Assembly (NCBI GenBank): GCA_042088965.1
Contig: JBELLC010000002.1
Location: 1-56,578 of the forward strand
Length of the DNA: 56,578 nucleotides
Origin: Nisaea sp.
GTDB lineage: Bacteria > Pseudomonadota > Alphaproteobacteria > Thalassobaculales > Thalassobaculaceae
Direction of reading: 5' to 3'
In this document: in pieces, positions 35,854-45,215 of the stretch
Layout: each line of letters begins with the position of its first letter
Numbering within the stretch: position 1 is the stretch's first letter
The notes under the pieces: generated by a model
What the model was told of the DNA's origin: nothing
The model's input: the letters and a program-made list of their open reading frames with translations, nothing else
Databases searched by the model: none
Translations under genes and position numbers: made by a program

Positions 35854-36630
35854 TCAAACCAAACCGCCATTCACATGGATCACTTGTCCGGTGATATAGC
35901 TTGCTGCCGGTGATGTTAAGAACGCCATAACGGCGGCAACTTCATCCGCGCGGCCATAACGCGCCATGGGGATTGTTTGGCGCAGCATCGCTTGTCGATC
36001 CGCGCTAATGGCCCGTTCCGTGCCAGCCTGCTTTTCAATGAAGCCAGGGGCCACGGCATTCACCGGAATACCTGCCGGTGCCAGTTCCAAGGCAAGGGCA
36101 CGCACCTGCGCCTCAAGCGCTGCTTTGGCCGGGGCTGTTGCTGGGAATATGGGCACATCATTGCGCCAGACATGCGGGCCAAAGGCGCTTACCGCGACAA
36201 TCGCCGCTGCCGAGGATTGCCGTAGCGCGGGTTCTGCTGCGGCGCTCATCTCAAAAAAACTGCGACTGACAATGTTCATCGCCGCGCCCATATCCGCGCT
36301 GGTAATGACACCATAGGGACGGCCATCTGCGTAACCCGCGTTGGCAACAAGCACATCTAACGTGCCGAAACGCGCGAGGGTCGCTGCAACAAGCTTTGTG
36401 CCCATCTGGGCGGATGCAAAATCACCGAGAAAAACCTCTGCTGCACCCCCTGCGGTGCGGATCACATCTGCACTCGCCTCTGCGCCGGCACGATTCTGGC
36501 GGCTGTGCACCATCACCGCCACATCAGGTCCAGCGATGCTTTGACAAAACGCTGCTCCAATCCCCGACGCGGCACCCGTGACCAAATATACGCGCTGGTA
36601 AGTGCTTGCTTTAATTGAATGACCAACCAT
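35854..36630 (-). CDS. Short-chain dehydrogenase/reductase family protein, atypical (Thr in place of the catalytic Tyr)
   Basis: TGAASGIGAAF and NAG are present. The YxxxK position reads TAPAK (codon ACA at 36138..36136). Confidence 0.75.
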   Translation of the reverse strand: MVGHSIKASTYQRVYLVTGAASGIGAAFCQSIAGPDVAVMVHSRQNRAGAEASADVIRTAGGAAEVFLGDFASAQMGTKLVAATLARFGTLDVLVANAGYADGRPYGVITSADMGAAMNIVSRSFFEMSAAAEPALRQSSAAAIVAVSAFGPHVWRNDVPIFPATAPAKAALEAQVRALALELAPAGIPVNAVAPGFIEKQAGTERAISADRQAMLRQTIPMARYGRADEVAAVMAFLTSPAASYITGQVIHVNGGLV

Positions 36631-36697
36631 TTTTAATGCCCTTGCGTTGTCGTCAAAGTGCCAGCATTATCGCCGCTGCAAAATCGGAGTGTAGCAG

Positions 36698-38107
36698 ATG
36701 GCGCCGCCGCCAAATCCCCTTTCGCAGACAGTAACATCCTGGTCAGCGGAAATGCGGGCAAGCTTTAATCTTGGTTTGATGCTGGCACTGACGCAGCTTG
36801 CAACAATTGCCATGACAACAACAGATGTCATCATGTCCGGCTGGTTAGGCCCACGCCACTTGGCCGCAGAATCGCTCGCTGGATCGGCTGTTGTGCCCTT
36901 TGTGTTTTTTGGGATCGGGGTTGCCGCTGCCCTGACGCCGATGATTGCCCAGGACATGGGTAAATCAAACACATCTGGAATTCGCCTGAGTGTGCAGCAG
37001 GGCTTTTGGGCTATGCTGGCAATTTCCATCCCCAGCATGCTGTTGCTATCGCAAATTCAATGGGTCTTGGTGGGCATTGGGCAAGACCCCGATATTGCCA
37101 AACTTGCCGACGGGTATGTGGACGCAGTGCTATGGTCGCTTCTGCCAAGTCAGGGGTTCATGGTTCTGCGTAATTTCATCTCTGCCCATGGGCGGCCAAA
37201 ATCAGCCTTAGTGGTCATGATTGCTGCCATCGGACTGAATGCCCTAACAAATTATGTTTTCATGTTTGGGACCTTCGGTTTCCCACGACTAGAATTGGTT
37301 GGACTGGGGCTGTCCACGACATTGGTCAGTTGGCTAATGTTCCTGGCTTTGCTCTGCTACTGCTTACGCGATCAAGCTTATCAAAAATATCGCCTGCTGG
37401 CTGGAATTTGGCGGTTTGATTGGCGCCGTTTTAAAGCGATTTTTAAACTTGGCACCCCGATAGGCGCGGGCATGATTGCCGAGATTGGTATGTTCTCGCT
37501 GGCGACATTCCTCATGGGATTGGTCAGTGCGGATGCCTTGGCAGGGCATGCTGTGGCGATGCAAGCAACCGCCATGATCTTCATGATACCAATGGGACTA
37601 TCACAAGCTATAACGGTGCGCGTGGGTCTGGCCATGGGGCAATCACGATTGGCAGATGCGCGGCAAGCGGGATCAATAGGGATTGTGCTCTCCATTGGCG
37701 TCGCTATGACATCTGCGTTCTGTTTAATAGTTTTTGCCCCGCAAATTACCGAACTGTTTTTAGACAGTGATCGTGCCAGTGACCTGGTGGCGATTGACCT
37801 CGCTGTCATTTATCTGACGGTCGCCGCCTTTTTCCAGCTTGTTGATGGTATTCAAGCGGTCAGTGCTGGCGCCCTTCGCGGCATGAAGGATACCGCCGCG
37901 CCGATGGTTATACAGATGATCAGTTATTGGCTGGTGGGGGGGCTGTCAATGATCGCTCTGGCTTTCCCATTTGGTTTCCAAGGGGCCGGGATATGGGCAG
38001 GTCTCGTCATCGGTTTAAGCTTTGCAGCGGTGGCCCTTACCTGGCGGTTTTGGCATTTAACCACAACAAACAGGACGGCCATTGCGAGCGCGCCTGAAGC
38101 TGGTTAG
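36698..38107 (+). CDS. MATE family efflux transporter
   Basis: 469 aa with about 12 transmembrane segments and a NorM-like repeat organisation. Confidence 0.85.
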   Translation: MAPPPNPLSQTVTSWSAEMRASFNLGLMLALTQLATIAMTTTDVIMSGWLGPRHLAAESLAGSAVVPFVFFGIGVAAALTPMIAQDMGKSNTSGIRLSVQQGFWAMLAISIPSMLLLSQIQWVLVGIGQDPDIAKLADGYVDAVLWSLLPSQGFMVLRNFISAHGRPKSALVVMIAAIGLNALTNYVFMFGTFGFPRLELVGLGLSTTLVSWLMFLALLCYCLRDQAYQKYRLLAGIWRFDWRRFKAIFKLGTPIGAGMIAEIGMFSLATFLMGLVSADALAGHAVAMQATAMIFMIPMGLSQAITVRVGLAMGQSRLADARQAGSIGIVLSIGVAMTSAFCLIVFAPQITELFLDSDRASDLVAIDLAVIYLTVAAFFQLVDGIQAVSAGALRGMKDTAAPMVIQMISYWLVGGLSMIALAFPFGFQGAGIWAGLVIGLSFAAVALTWRFWHLTTTNRTAIASAPEAG

Positions 38108-38136
38108 TCTCTCGTCATAGGGATGGGAGAAATACA

Positions 38137-39357
38137 ATGGCAAAAGCTTTCGACGGCATAAAAATTATCGACTTTAGTCAAGTTCTAGCAGCACCATTTG
38201 CGGCTACACAGCTGGCCTTACTGGGAGCCGATGTTATTAAAATTGAGCCCCCAAAAGTGGGCGACCAAATGCGCAATCGGATGTTGCCAAGCAAATTGGC
38301 CGACATTGATATGGCGTCCTCATTTTTAGCAATGAATATCGGGAAACGCAGCTTGGCCTTGGATTTAAAAGATCCACGTGGCAAAGAAATAGCCTTTAAA
38401 CTCATCGCCCAAGCCGATGTGGTTTTGCATAATTTTCGCGGCGGCGTCGTCGACCGTTTGGGCCTTGACTTTGATGCTGTTAAAGCTGTCAATCCGACCA
38501 TCATCTACTGCGCGGTGACAGGCTTTGGCAACGACGGACCCAAAGCTAAAGATGCAGCTTATGACGGCGCTGTTCAAGCTGCTGCTGGCATGATGGCGAA
38601 TAATGGTTCGGCTGAAAGTGGTCCAACACGTACAGGCTATTTCCCCGTTGATATGATGACGGGCATGACCGCTGCCTATGCCATTGCCGGTGCCTTATTC
38701 CGCCGCGAGCGGACCGGCGAAGGACAGTTTTTAGATGTTGCCATGCTCGATGCAGCGCTGACCCTGCAAGCCTCTGGCTTTGGTCAGTATTTGGTTGATG
38801 GCAACCCTGGCGGTCTATTTGGCAATAGCTCTGCCACGTTGATGCCAACCGCAGATTGCTTTGCAACCGGCGACGGTGAAGTCCTGATGGCGGCAACACA
38901 GCAAAATCATGTGGCCAGTATTTTTAAAGAAATTGGCCACGCCGCCCTTATTGAAGATGTACGCTTTTCAACGATCCCTGCCCGCATTGAAAATCGGACC
39001 GCATTGCAAACCCTCATCCTTGAGGCATTTGCAAAGGATAGCGCGGAAAACTGGGAGACCCGATTGGCTGCCCACGGTGTACCGATTGCCAAGGTCCGCT
39101 CTGTTGCAGAAGCCAGCAAAACCCCACAATTACAACATCGCGGCGTGTTACAAAAAGTCCCCTTACCGGCTGGATTTAAAGACGAGCTAACCTTGGTCGG
39201 CAGCGCTTTCATGGCCGATAGTGATGGCCCCTCCGCCAGTGGTCCACCACCCTATTTGGCCGAGCATAGTATTGATATTCTGACAGAATTTGGCATCACC
39301 AGCGATGAAATTGACAGCTTGGTCAATGCTGGCGTGGTCGGTTTGCCAAAACCCTAA
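38137..39357 (+). CDS. Family III CoA-transferase (CaiB/BaiF)
   Basis: GIKIIDFSQVLAAPFAATQLALLGADVIKIEPP is present. 406 aa. Confidence 0.85.
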   Translation: MAKAFDGIKIIDFSQVLAAPFAATQLALLGADVIKIEPPKVGDQMRNRMLPSKLADIDMASSFLAMNIGKRSLALDLKDPRGKEIAFKLIAQADVVLHNFRGGVVDRLGLDFDAVKAVNPTIIYCAVTGFGNDGPKAKDAAYDGAVQAAAGMMANNGSAESGPTRTGYFPVDMMTGMTAAYAIAGALFRRERTGEGQFLDVAMLDAALTLQASGFGQYLVDGNPGGLFGNSSATLMPTADCFATGDGEVLMAATQQNHVASIFKEIGHAALIEDVRFSTIPARIENRTALQTLILEAFAKDSAENWETRLAAHGVPIAKVRSVAEASKTPQLQHRGVLQKVPLPAGFKDELTLVGSAFMADSDGPSASGPPPYLAEHSIDILTEFGITSDEIDSLVNAGVVGLPKP

Positions 39358-39373
39358 GATCGTGAAGTGTCAC

Positions 39374-40837
39374 TCACTGAAGCCGGCGGCCACCATTAAT
39401 ATACATGTGGCCGCCGGGAACAGTGGTAATGGACAATTCTTGTTGGTATTGACCACGGCCAATTTCCCAGCGCTTCTCTGCTTGCTCAACAGCCCCACAG
39501 GTCAGCGCTGACATCAGCGAGCGACCATGCATGCTATACGGCGCCTTAATACCGAGGCCGTCAAGGATTGTTGGTGCCACGTCAACAACCCCGCAGGCAC
39601 CCGTATAACGCTGCCCAGATTGAAACCGATCACCGCCGAAAGACAGGAAATTATTTAATTCTTTGGGATGCAGGCCGCCATGGGTACTGCCGCCAATCGG
39701 CAAGCTGCTGTTGCCATTCAGGCAGCTCCCATACAACCCATGCATATCCATCTCATCACTTGTCCGGCCGATATAAAAGATATCGGGCGCACGCGGCCCC
39801 GTCATGCCGATCGACCCTAAATCAAATGCACCACTTTCCAGGCCATGGCCATCCCGGGCCAATAACATGCCAAGATGGGGTTGCTCTTGCATCCAAGTCA
39901 GCACCGAGTCGACCAAATCAGCTTGACGTTCCCGCACGAACACTGTCCCCGCGTAACCTGTTGTGACCGCAACATCGACGTCAGGTCCAATGGCACTGCC
40001 AACCTTAAAACCTGCTGCCTGCATCTCTTCGGCAATATCAAAACAACCTGTAACAGTAATATGCGCATGGTCTGAGGCGGCTATGATTTGCCAGCCATCC
40101 GCTTTTCCTTCGGCTTCCCACCAGTCCAGAAGTCGCCCAAAAGCTTCATCAACGCCAGACATGGCGGCGTCGGCCTCTGCCGATCCAATGCCCCGGTAGT
40201 GATAGCTCATGTCAGGTTCTGAATACCACGCAATGAGCACGTCTGGATTATGCCTTGGCAGGAAATGCTCTAAAATTAACGTGGTTAAATAGTCAGAAAG
40301 CCCCACATGCGGCAGATCACTGCTTGGCACCGGGCCAAATTGCGCCTCAATCTCAGCATGATTGGCAGCAGGGCTGGACACGCCAGCGCCGTGAATTGAG
40401 TAGGCCACTTGGTCGCGTTGGGCGGCATTGTAATTCAACAACCGGGCATTACCAATTTTGCCGGTTGACGCTGTCACGAGTTTTAAACCCGCATGATGCA
40501 GCAAGCCGCCCAAGTCATCGGCGGCAAAAACCCCATCAGGATACATTTTTTCAGCGATCTGCATGGTGACAAGATCAGACGTATCCATCGGCCCCTTCAG
40601 ACCCAGGACAGGATCATAAAAGCTATTGCCCATGATTCCATGCCCGCCGGCATAGCAGCCACTGACAAAGCTAGAGACTTGGACCCGCGTCTCGCTGGGC
40701 ATGGCCGAACGGCTCTCAGGACAGTCAACCCCCTGGCGGCGAAACCGATCTAAGTTTGGCATCCGTTCTGGGGTGATTAATTCACGGCGCAAACCATCAA
40801 AGACCACCAAAAGAAACTTTGATTTAGCTGCCGTCAT
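39374..40837 (-). CDS. Alkaline-phosphatase-superfamily enzyme (nucleotide pyrophosphatase/phosphodiesterase-like)
   Basis: The N-terminal FLLVVFDGLR metal/nucleophile region is followed by later SDHA and GGSTHGG motifs. I prefer the ATG at 40837 over the GTG at 40855. Confidence 0.7.
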   Translation of the reverse strand: MTAAKSKFLLVVFDGLRRELITPERMPNLDRFRRQGVDCPESRSAMPSETRVQVSSFVSGCYAGGHGIMGNSFYDPVLGLKGPMDTSDLVTMQIAEKMYPDGVFAADDLGGLLHHAGLKLVTASTGKIGNARLLNYNAAQRDQVAYSIHGAGVSSPAANHAEIEAQFGPVPSSDLPHVGLSDYLTTLILEHFLPRHNPDVLIAWYSEPDMSYHYRGIGSAEADAAMSGVDEAFGRLLDWWEAEGKADGWQIIAASDHAHITVTGCFDIAEEMQAAGFKVGSAIGPDVDVAVTTGYAGTVFVRERQADLVDSVLTWMQEQPHLGMLLARDGHGLESGAFDLGSIGMTGPRAPDIFYIGRTSDEMDMHGLYGSCLNGNSSLPIGGSTHGGLHPKELNNFLSFGGDRFQSGQRYTGACGVVDVAPTILDGLGIKAPYSMHGRSLMSALTCGAVEQAEKRWEIGRGQYQQELSITTVPGGHMYINGGRRLQ

Positions 40838-40966
40838 CCCGCGCCCCGATACCACTCAACCGACGTAAATATAACCATGATATATTAATCTTATGTGAAT
40901 ACTCACCTGTTAATCCACAGAAGATTTATATAATTTGAGCTTCCCCTCTTCAGCTGTCATTCAAAG

Positions 40967-42121
40967 TCAATTATCCCCGGCAAATGCCGCCCGTATTTTG
41001 GCCAAGGATTCATGCACAACATTAATCAATTGTCGGTCGCGTTCTGTATCAATGGAGATCGATGCCGTCATTCCTGCTCGCAGAGGAGGCGCATCAGCAT
41101 TTTGTTCAATTACCAAACGCACCGGGATCCGTTGCACGACTTTGACCCAATTCCCACTGGCATTTTGGGGCGGCAAGACAGCAAATTCGGCGCCTGTCGC
41201 CGGGCTGATAGAATGGATTTTTGCCCGCCATTCCCGGTCCGGGTAGGCATCAACCTCAAAACTTACTTTTTGTCCAACCCGCACATGCGTAAGCTGTGTT
41301 TCCTTCAAATTCGCTTCGATCCAGATATTACCGCCTGAGATTAGTCCAAAAACGGGTTTACCTTCTTCAACCCATTCCCCTGATTCCATCCGCAGACGGG
41401 TAACGGTCCCCTGGTCTGCGGCGCGAATCTGACTGAAGGCTAAATTCAAAAGTGCGGCATCATGGGCAGCTTGCGCTTGCAAATACAGCGGATGGACTTC
41501 AATCGCCTGGTCGGGATCGCCGCCAAGCCCAGCCAAAACTTTACGAATTTTTTGCTGAAGTGCCGCCAAACGTTGGCTCGCAGCGTTATGATCGAATTCC
41601 GCTTGTTCAACCCGCGCCGAGGTGGTCACACCCGCACGCTGTAATTTGTTTTGTCGGTCAAACTGACGTTTATAAAACTCTACGTTGACGCGCGCTTCGG
41701 CGATTTCAGACAAGGTTTGTTGGTAGTCAGCGCGCATGGTTTCAATGTCATAGCGCACCGCTGCCAATCGCGAGTCCGACAGCTGCACTTGAATTTGATG
41801 CGGTTTGGGATCCAGCCGAAACAGCAGATCACCTTTTTCAACAACCTGGTTTTCCCGCACCGCGACCTCAATAACACGGCCATCAATGCTGGGACTGACC
41901 GCGATTACGGGCGCTTTCACATAGGCATTCTCGGTGGTGACATAGCGTCCTGACTGGGTATACCAATTTGAAATGGCATAAATCGCCACAAGCGGGATAA
42001 CAATCAACAGAACAGTGCGCGCTATCAGCCGTTTCCAGCGGAATGGTATTGTTGCCAGCGCCGCTGTTTCAGATTGACCGGCAGCGGTATTGCTCGCTGT
42101 GTTCTCAGCCGCGTTAGTCAT
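40967..42121 (-). CDS. HlyD/EmrA-family membrane fusion (periplasmic adaptor) protein
   Basis: It has a single N-terminal transmembrane segment, a coiled-coil hairpin, and lipoyl and beta-barrel segments (FRLDP..., ADQGTVTRL). I prefer the ATG at 42121; the ORF-track start at 42151 is TTG. Confidence 0.8.
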   Translation of the reverse strand: MTNAAENTASNTAAGQSETAALATIPFRWKRLIARTVLLIVIPLVAIYAISNWYTQSGRYVTTENAYVKAPVIAVSPSIDGRVIEVAVRENQVVEKGDLLFRLDPKPHQIQVQLSDSRLAAVRYDIETMRADYQQTLSEIAEARVNVEFYKRQFDRQNKLQRAGVTTSARVEQAEFDHNAASQRLAALQQKIRKVLAGLGGDPDQAIEVHPLYLQAQAAHDAALLNLAFSQIRAADQGTVTRLRMESGEWVEEGKPVFGLISGGNIWIEANLKETQLTHVRVGQKVSFEVDAYPDREWRAKIHSISPATGAEFAVLPPQNASGNWVKVVQRIPVRLVIEQNADAPPLRAGMTASISIDTERDRQLINVVHESLAKIRAAFAGDN

Positions 42122-42602
42122 CGGCCACGACCTTTGCGCTATCGCTGGCAATTTCGTCCTGAGTATCCGTCATCCGTAATAAGTTCATTTTTACCTTCAT
42201 CAAGGCGTTTAAAAACGCCTCATGTTCACTGTCAGACAAGCCTGCCAGCGCATCCTTCCGCAATTCAGACGCAATTGTCCGCAAGCTGCGCATCACCGAC
42301 TGCACCTTCGCTGTCAGATAAACCCGCTTGACACGCCGATCCTCTAAATCGGGGCGACGCTCAACCCAGCCTTTGTCTTCCAGCTGGTCAATAAGCCGTC
42401 CCAAGGTTGCTTTTTCGACATCCATAAAATCAGCCAGCGTAGACTGCGGCGCACCATCCAACGCATATAGCGCCGTTAAAACCCACCATTGAGAGCGGGT
42501 TAATCCCAATTCACGGCCCCGGCGATCAAATGCCACGCGCATCAAACGTGCGACGTCATGGGCCAGAAAGCCGAAATTTCGATCTAAATTTTCGCGATCC
42601 AT
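42114..42602 (-). CDS. MarR family transcriptional regulator
   Basis: The winged-helix region LTRSQWWVLTALY...STLADFMDVEKATLGRLIDQLEDKGWVERR is present. The start is placed at MDRENL (42602). It overlaps the downstream hlyD-like start by 8 nt. Confidence 0.8.
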   Translation of the reverse strand: MDRENLDRNFGFLAHDVARLMRVAFDRRGRELGLTRSQWWVLTALYALDGAPQSTLADFMDVEKATLGRLIDQLEDKGWVERRPDLEDRRVKRVYLTAKVQSVMRSLRTIASELRKDALAGLSDSEHEAFLNALMKVKMNLLRMTDTQDEIASDSAKVVADD

Positions 42603-42626
42603 CACAGGAAGATAGTTACCATTGTT

Positions 42627-42646
42627 ACTATAACATAAGTTATAGT
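42627..42646. promoter_or_regulatory. Perfect inverted repeat ACTATAAC-N4-GTTATAGT, a candidate MarR operator
   Basis: The 8-bp arms lie 25-44 nt upstream of the marR ATG. They are flanked by a direct ATAGTT(A/G)CC repeat at 42612..42620 and 42642..42650. Confidence 0.4.
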
Positions 42647-42835
42647 TGCCTGTTTTACAAAAGCAAGCCAATTTGACACGGCAAAACTGCTGAAACTGCA
42701 TCATACTGTCGCCTATTTGGCATCAAACGAAACTAAGTAGTTTATTGATTTTAATGAAATGATGGTTTTCGAAACCGCGTGTAGGGCCTATCGTCGAGGA
42801 CGATGCGGAGCCTAAGCTTTGGGACATAATATTTC

Positions 42836-43366
42836 ATGCGACTGATGTTACTGCGACATGCGAAATCAGATTGGCACGCGCCAAGTCATGATGACTTTGA
42901 TCGCCCCTTGAACAAGCGGGGCCAGTCAGCAGCGACACGTATGGGACAATTCCTGCGAGAAAATAGGTTACAGCCAAGCCTCATTCGGTGTTCATCGGCC
43001 CAGCGGACCCGTGAAACCTTGGCCCTTATGTTACCCTTTTTTGAATTTGATACGCGGATCGAGATTGACCAGAAATTATATCACGCCGATCTCAATCACT
43101 ATCAAGCGATGGTTGCGGGGACAGCCCCACATGACGCCAGCATGATGATCATCGGGCATAATCCGACAATCGGCGCATATGCCTGTCAATTGGCAGCAGA
43201 GGGCGAGGGGCAAGAAATGGAAAACCTCGCTGAGAAGTTCCCAACCTGCGCCCTGGCTGTCCTCGATGCAGCGGTGTCAGACTGGCAAGATTTCAAAGCC
43301 GCGCGGTTAACTTTGTTTCAAACACCGCGCGGTCTTCATGGTAAAAATACTGATCTACGTCCCTGA
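42836..43366 (+). CDS. Histidine phosphatase family protein (SixA-like)
   Basis: MRLMLLRHAKSDW is the RHG-type motif, and a downstream GHNP is present. 176 aa. Confidence 0.75.
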   Translation: MRLMLLRHAKSDWHAPSHDDFDRPLNKRGQSAATRMGQFLRENRLQPSLIRCSSAQRTRETLALMLPFFEFDTRIEIDQKLYHADLNHYQAMVAGTAPHDASMMIIGHNPTIGAYACQLAAEGEGQEMENLAEKFPTCALAVLDAAVSDWQDFKAARLTLFQTPRGLHGKNTDLRP

Positions 43367-44296
43367 ATGCGCCATTTGGTATTCGGCATCAAACCGCGCA
43401 ACAAGATCAGCAATGGACGGGGTATCGCTGATATTGGCCACACCTTGACCTGCGGACCAAATATTTTTCCAGGCTTTGCGCTCGTCACTGCCGTCGTTAC
43501 GCTCATGGCCTGCCCGGTATTGTCCACCACCAGGCGGCAAGTTAGCTGGATCCAGGCCCGCTTGCTCAATTGAGGGTTTCAAAAAGTTACCATGAACCCC
43601 TGAGATAGCATCGGTATAAATAATGTCTGTTGAACCACTCTCCAAAATCATTTGCTTAAACGCATCAGGCGCTGCGGCTTCTTGGGTATTGATAAACCGG
43701 GTGCCGATATAGCCCATATCAACGCCTAAGGTCAGGGCCGCGGCCAGGCCCCGGCCATCACCGATACAGCCCCCCAACAAGATCGTACCATCAAAAATTG
43801 AGCGGATTTCCGGCACAAAGGCGAAGGGGTTGATGCGTCCCGCGTGACCGCCTGCACCTGCGGAGACCAAAATTAAGCCATCCACACCGGCGGCAATGGC
43901 TTTTTCCGCATGCCGCCGCGTGGTCACGTCATGAAAGACCAGCCCCCCCCAGGCGTGGACCTCATCCACCAGTTCAGAAATTGCCCCAAGAGAGGTAATG
44001 ACCAACGGCACCTTATGCTTTTTGCAAACCATCAAATCTTCATCGACACGTGGGTTATTGCGATTAACGATTAAATTAACCCCATAGGGCGCATCGTGGG
44101 CGGCATCGATGCCTGCATCAATTTCAAACAACCAGTCATCAAAGCCCTCGCTGCTGCGTTGGTTCAGCGACGGCAAGCTGCCAACCACCCCTGCCTTACA
44201 GGTCGCAATTACCATTTCTGGGTATGAAACGAGAAACATTGGCGCAGCAAGCATCGGCAAGCGTAAACGCCCCTGCCACTGTTGTGGAACAGCCAT
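43355..44296 (-). CDS. Nitronate monooxygenase / NAD(P)H-dependent flavin oxidoreductase family
   Basis: PMLAAPMFLVS, GVVGSLP and the GAGGHAG FMN-binding motifs are present. Confidence 0.85.
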   Translation of the reverse strand: MAVPQQWQGRLRLPMLAAPMFLVSYPEMVIATCKAGVVGSLPSLNQRSSEGFDDWLFEIDAGIDAAHDAPYGVNLIVNRNNPRVDEDLMVCKKHKVPLVITSLGAISELVDEVHAWGGLVFHDVTTRRHAEKAIAAGVDGLILVSAGAGGHAGRINPFAFVPEIRSIFDGTILLGGCIGDGRGLAAALTLGVDMGYIGTRFINTQEAAAPDAFKQMILESGSTDIIYTDAISGVHGNFLKPSIEQAGLDPANLPPGGGQYRAGHERNDGSDERKAWKNIWSAGQGVANISDTPSIADLVARFDAEYQMAHSGT

Positions 44297-44325
44297 TTCA
44301 CCCTCCTTATTGAGATCCTCTGATT

Positions 44326-45087
44326 TTACCGTGCTTGCATGCGAATGGCACCGTCAAGACGGATTGTCTCGCCGTTCAGCATCACATTTTCAACCATGGT
44401 CATGGCCAGGCCGGCGTATTCTTCGGCCGTTCCAAGACGGCTAGGAAACGGGACTGCCGCCGCTAAGGCTGTTTGCACGTCGTCAGGCAGTGTTTCCATC
44501 AGCGGCGTTGAAAACATCCCAGGGGCAATGGTGTTGAAGCGGATACCATTGCGGGCAAATTCGCGCGCACAGACAATCGTCAAAGAATGTATGCCGCCCT
44601 TTGACGCCGCATAGGCTGCTTGCCCAATCTGACCTTCAAAAGCCGCAACAGACGCTGTCGAAATAACGATTCCCCGCTCATTATCAGCCATCGGCTCCAG
44701 CGTGGTCATATCGTTTGCAGCCAAGCGGATCATGTTAAAAGAGCCAATCAAATTGATCTCAATAACGCGCGCAAAGTTTTCCAGCGGCATCGGGCCATTC
44801 TTACCAACAATCCGTTGCGGCGGCGCAATACCGGCACAATTGACCAACACGCGTGCGCCGCCATGGGCATCGCGCGCAGTTGCCACGGCGGCTTCTGCCA
44901 TATCGGCGCTGGAAACATCACATTCCACAGCAACACCGCCAATATCCTCGGCCACCATGCGGGCACGATCCATATTTAAATCAAGGATGGCAACTTTTGC
45001 GCCGCGCGCCGCTAATGCCCGGGCGGTTCCCTCACCCAATCCACTGGCCCCACCGGTGACCAAGGCTGCTTGTCCATTCACATTCAT
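44326..45087 (-). CDS. SDR family 3-hydroxyacyl-CoA dehydrogenase-like oxidoreductase
   Basis: ALVTGGASGLGEG, NCAG and YAASKGG are present. The start is placed at MNVNGQ (45087). Confidence 0.85.
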   Translation of the reverse strand: MNVNGQAALVTGGASGLGEGTARALAARGAKVAILDLNMDRARMVAEDIGGVAVECDVSSADMAEAAVATARDAHGGARVLVNCAGIAPPQRIVGKNGPMPLENFARVIEINLIGSFNMIRLAANDMTTLEPMADNERGIVISTASVAAFEGQIGQAAYAASKGGIHSLTIVCAREFARNGIRFNTIAPGMFSTPLMETLPDDVQTALAAAVPFPSRLGTAEEYAGLAMTMVENVMLNGETIRLDGAIRMQAR

Positions 45088-45215
45088 ATCATTTTCTCCC
45101 TGATTGGTGACACAACGCCATCGAAACATCTTTGCTATGGTGATATCAAACCCTGGGCAGCGACGCGACGTCTTTTGATGTCACGTGGTAAATTTGCGCA
45201 AGGAGGACTGAAACC

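Noticed and set aside
42603-42704. 34-aa N-terminal extension of the MarR gene (MMQFQQFCRV...).
   Set aside because: It would translate through the palindromic operator-like sequence. MarR proteins typically begin close to the MDRENLDRNFGFL-type segment. A caveat is that the 42602 start lacks a strong Shine-Dalgarno.
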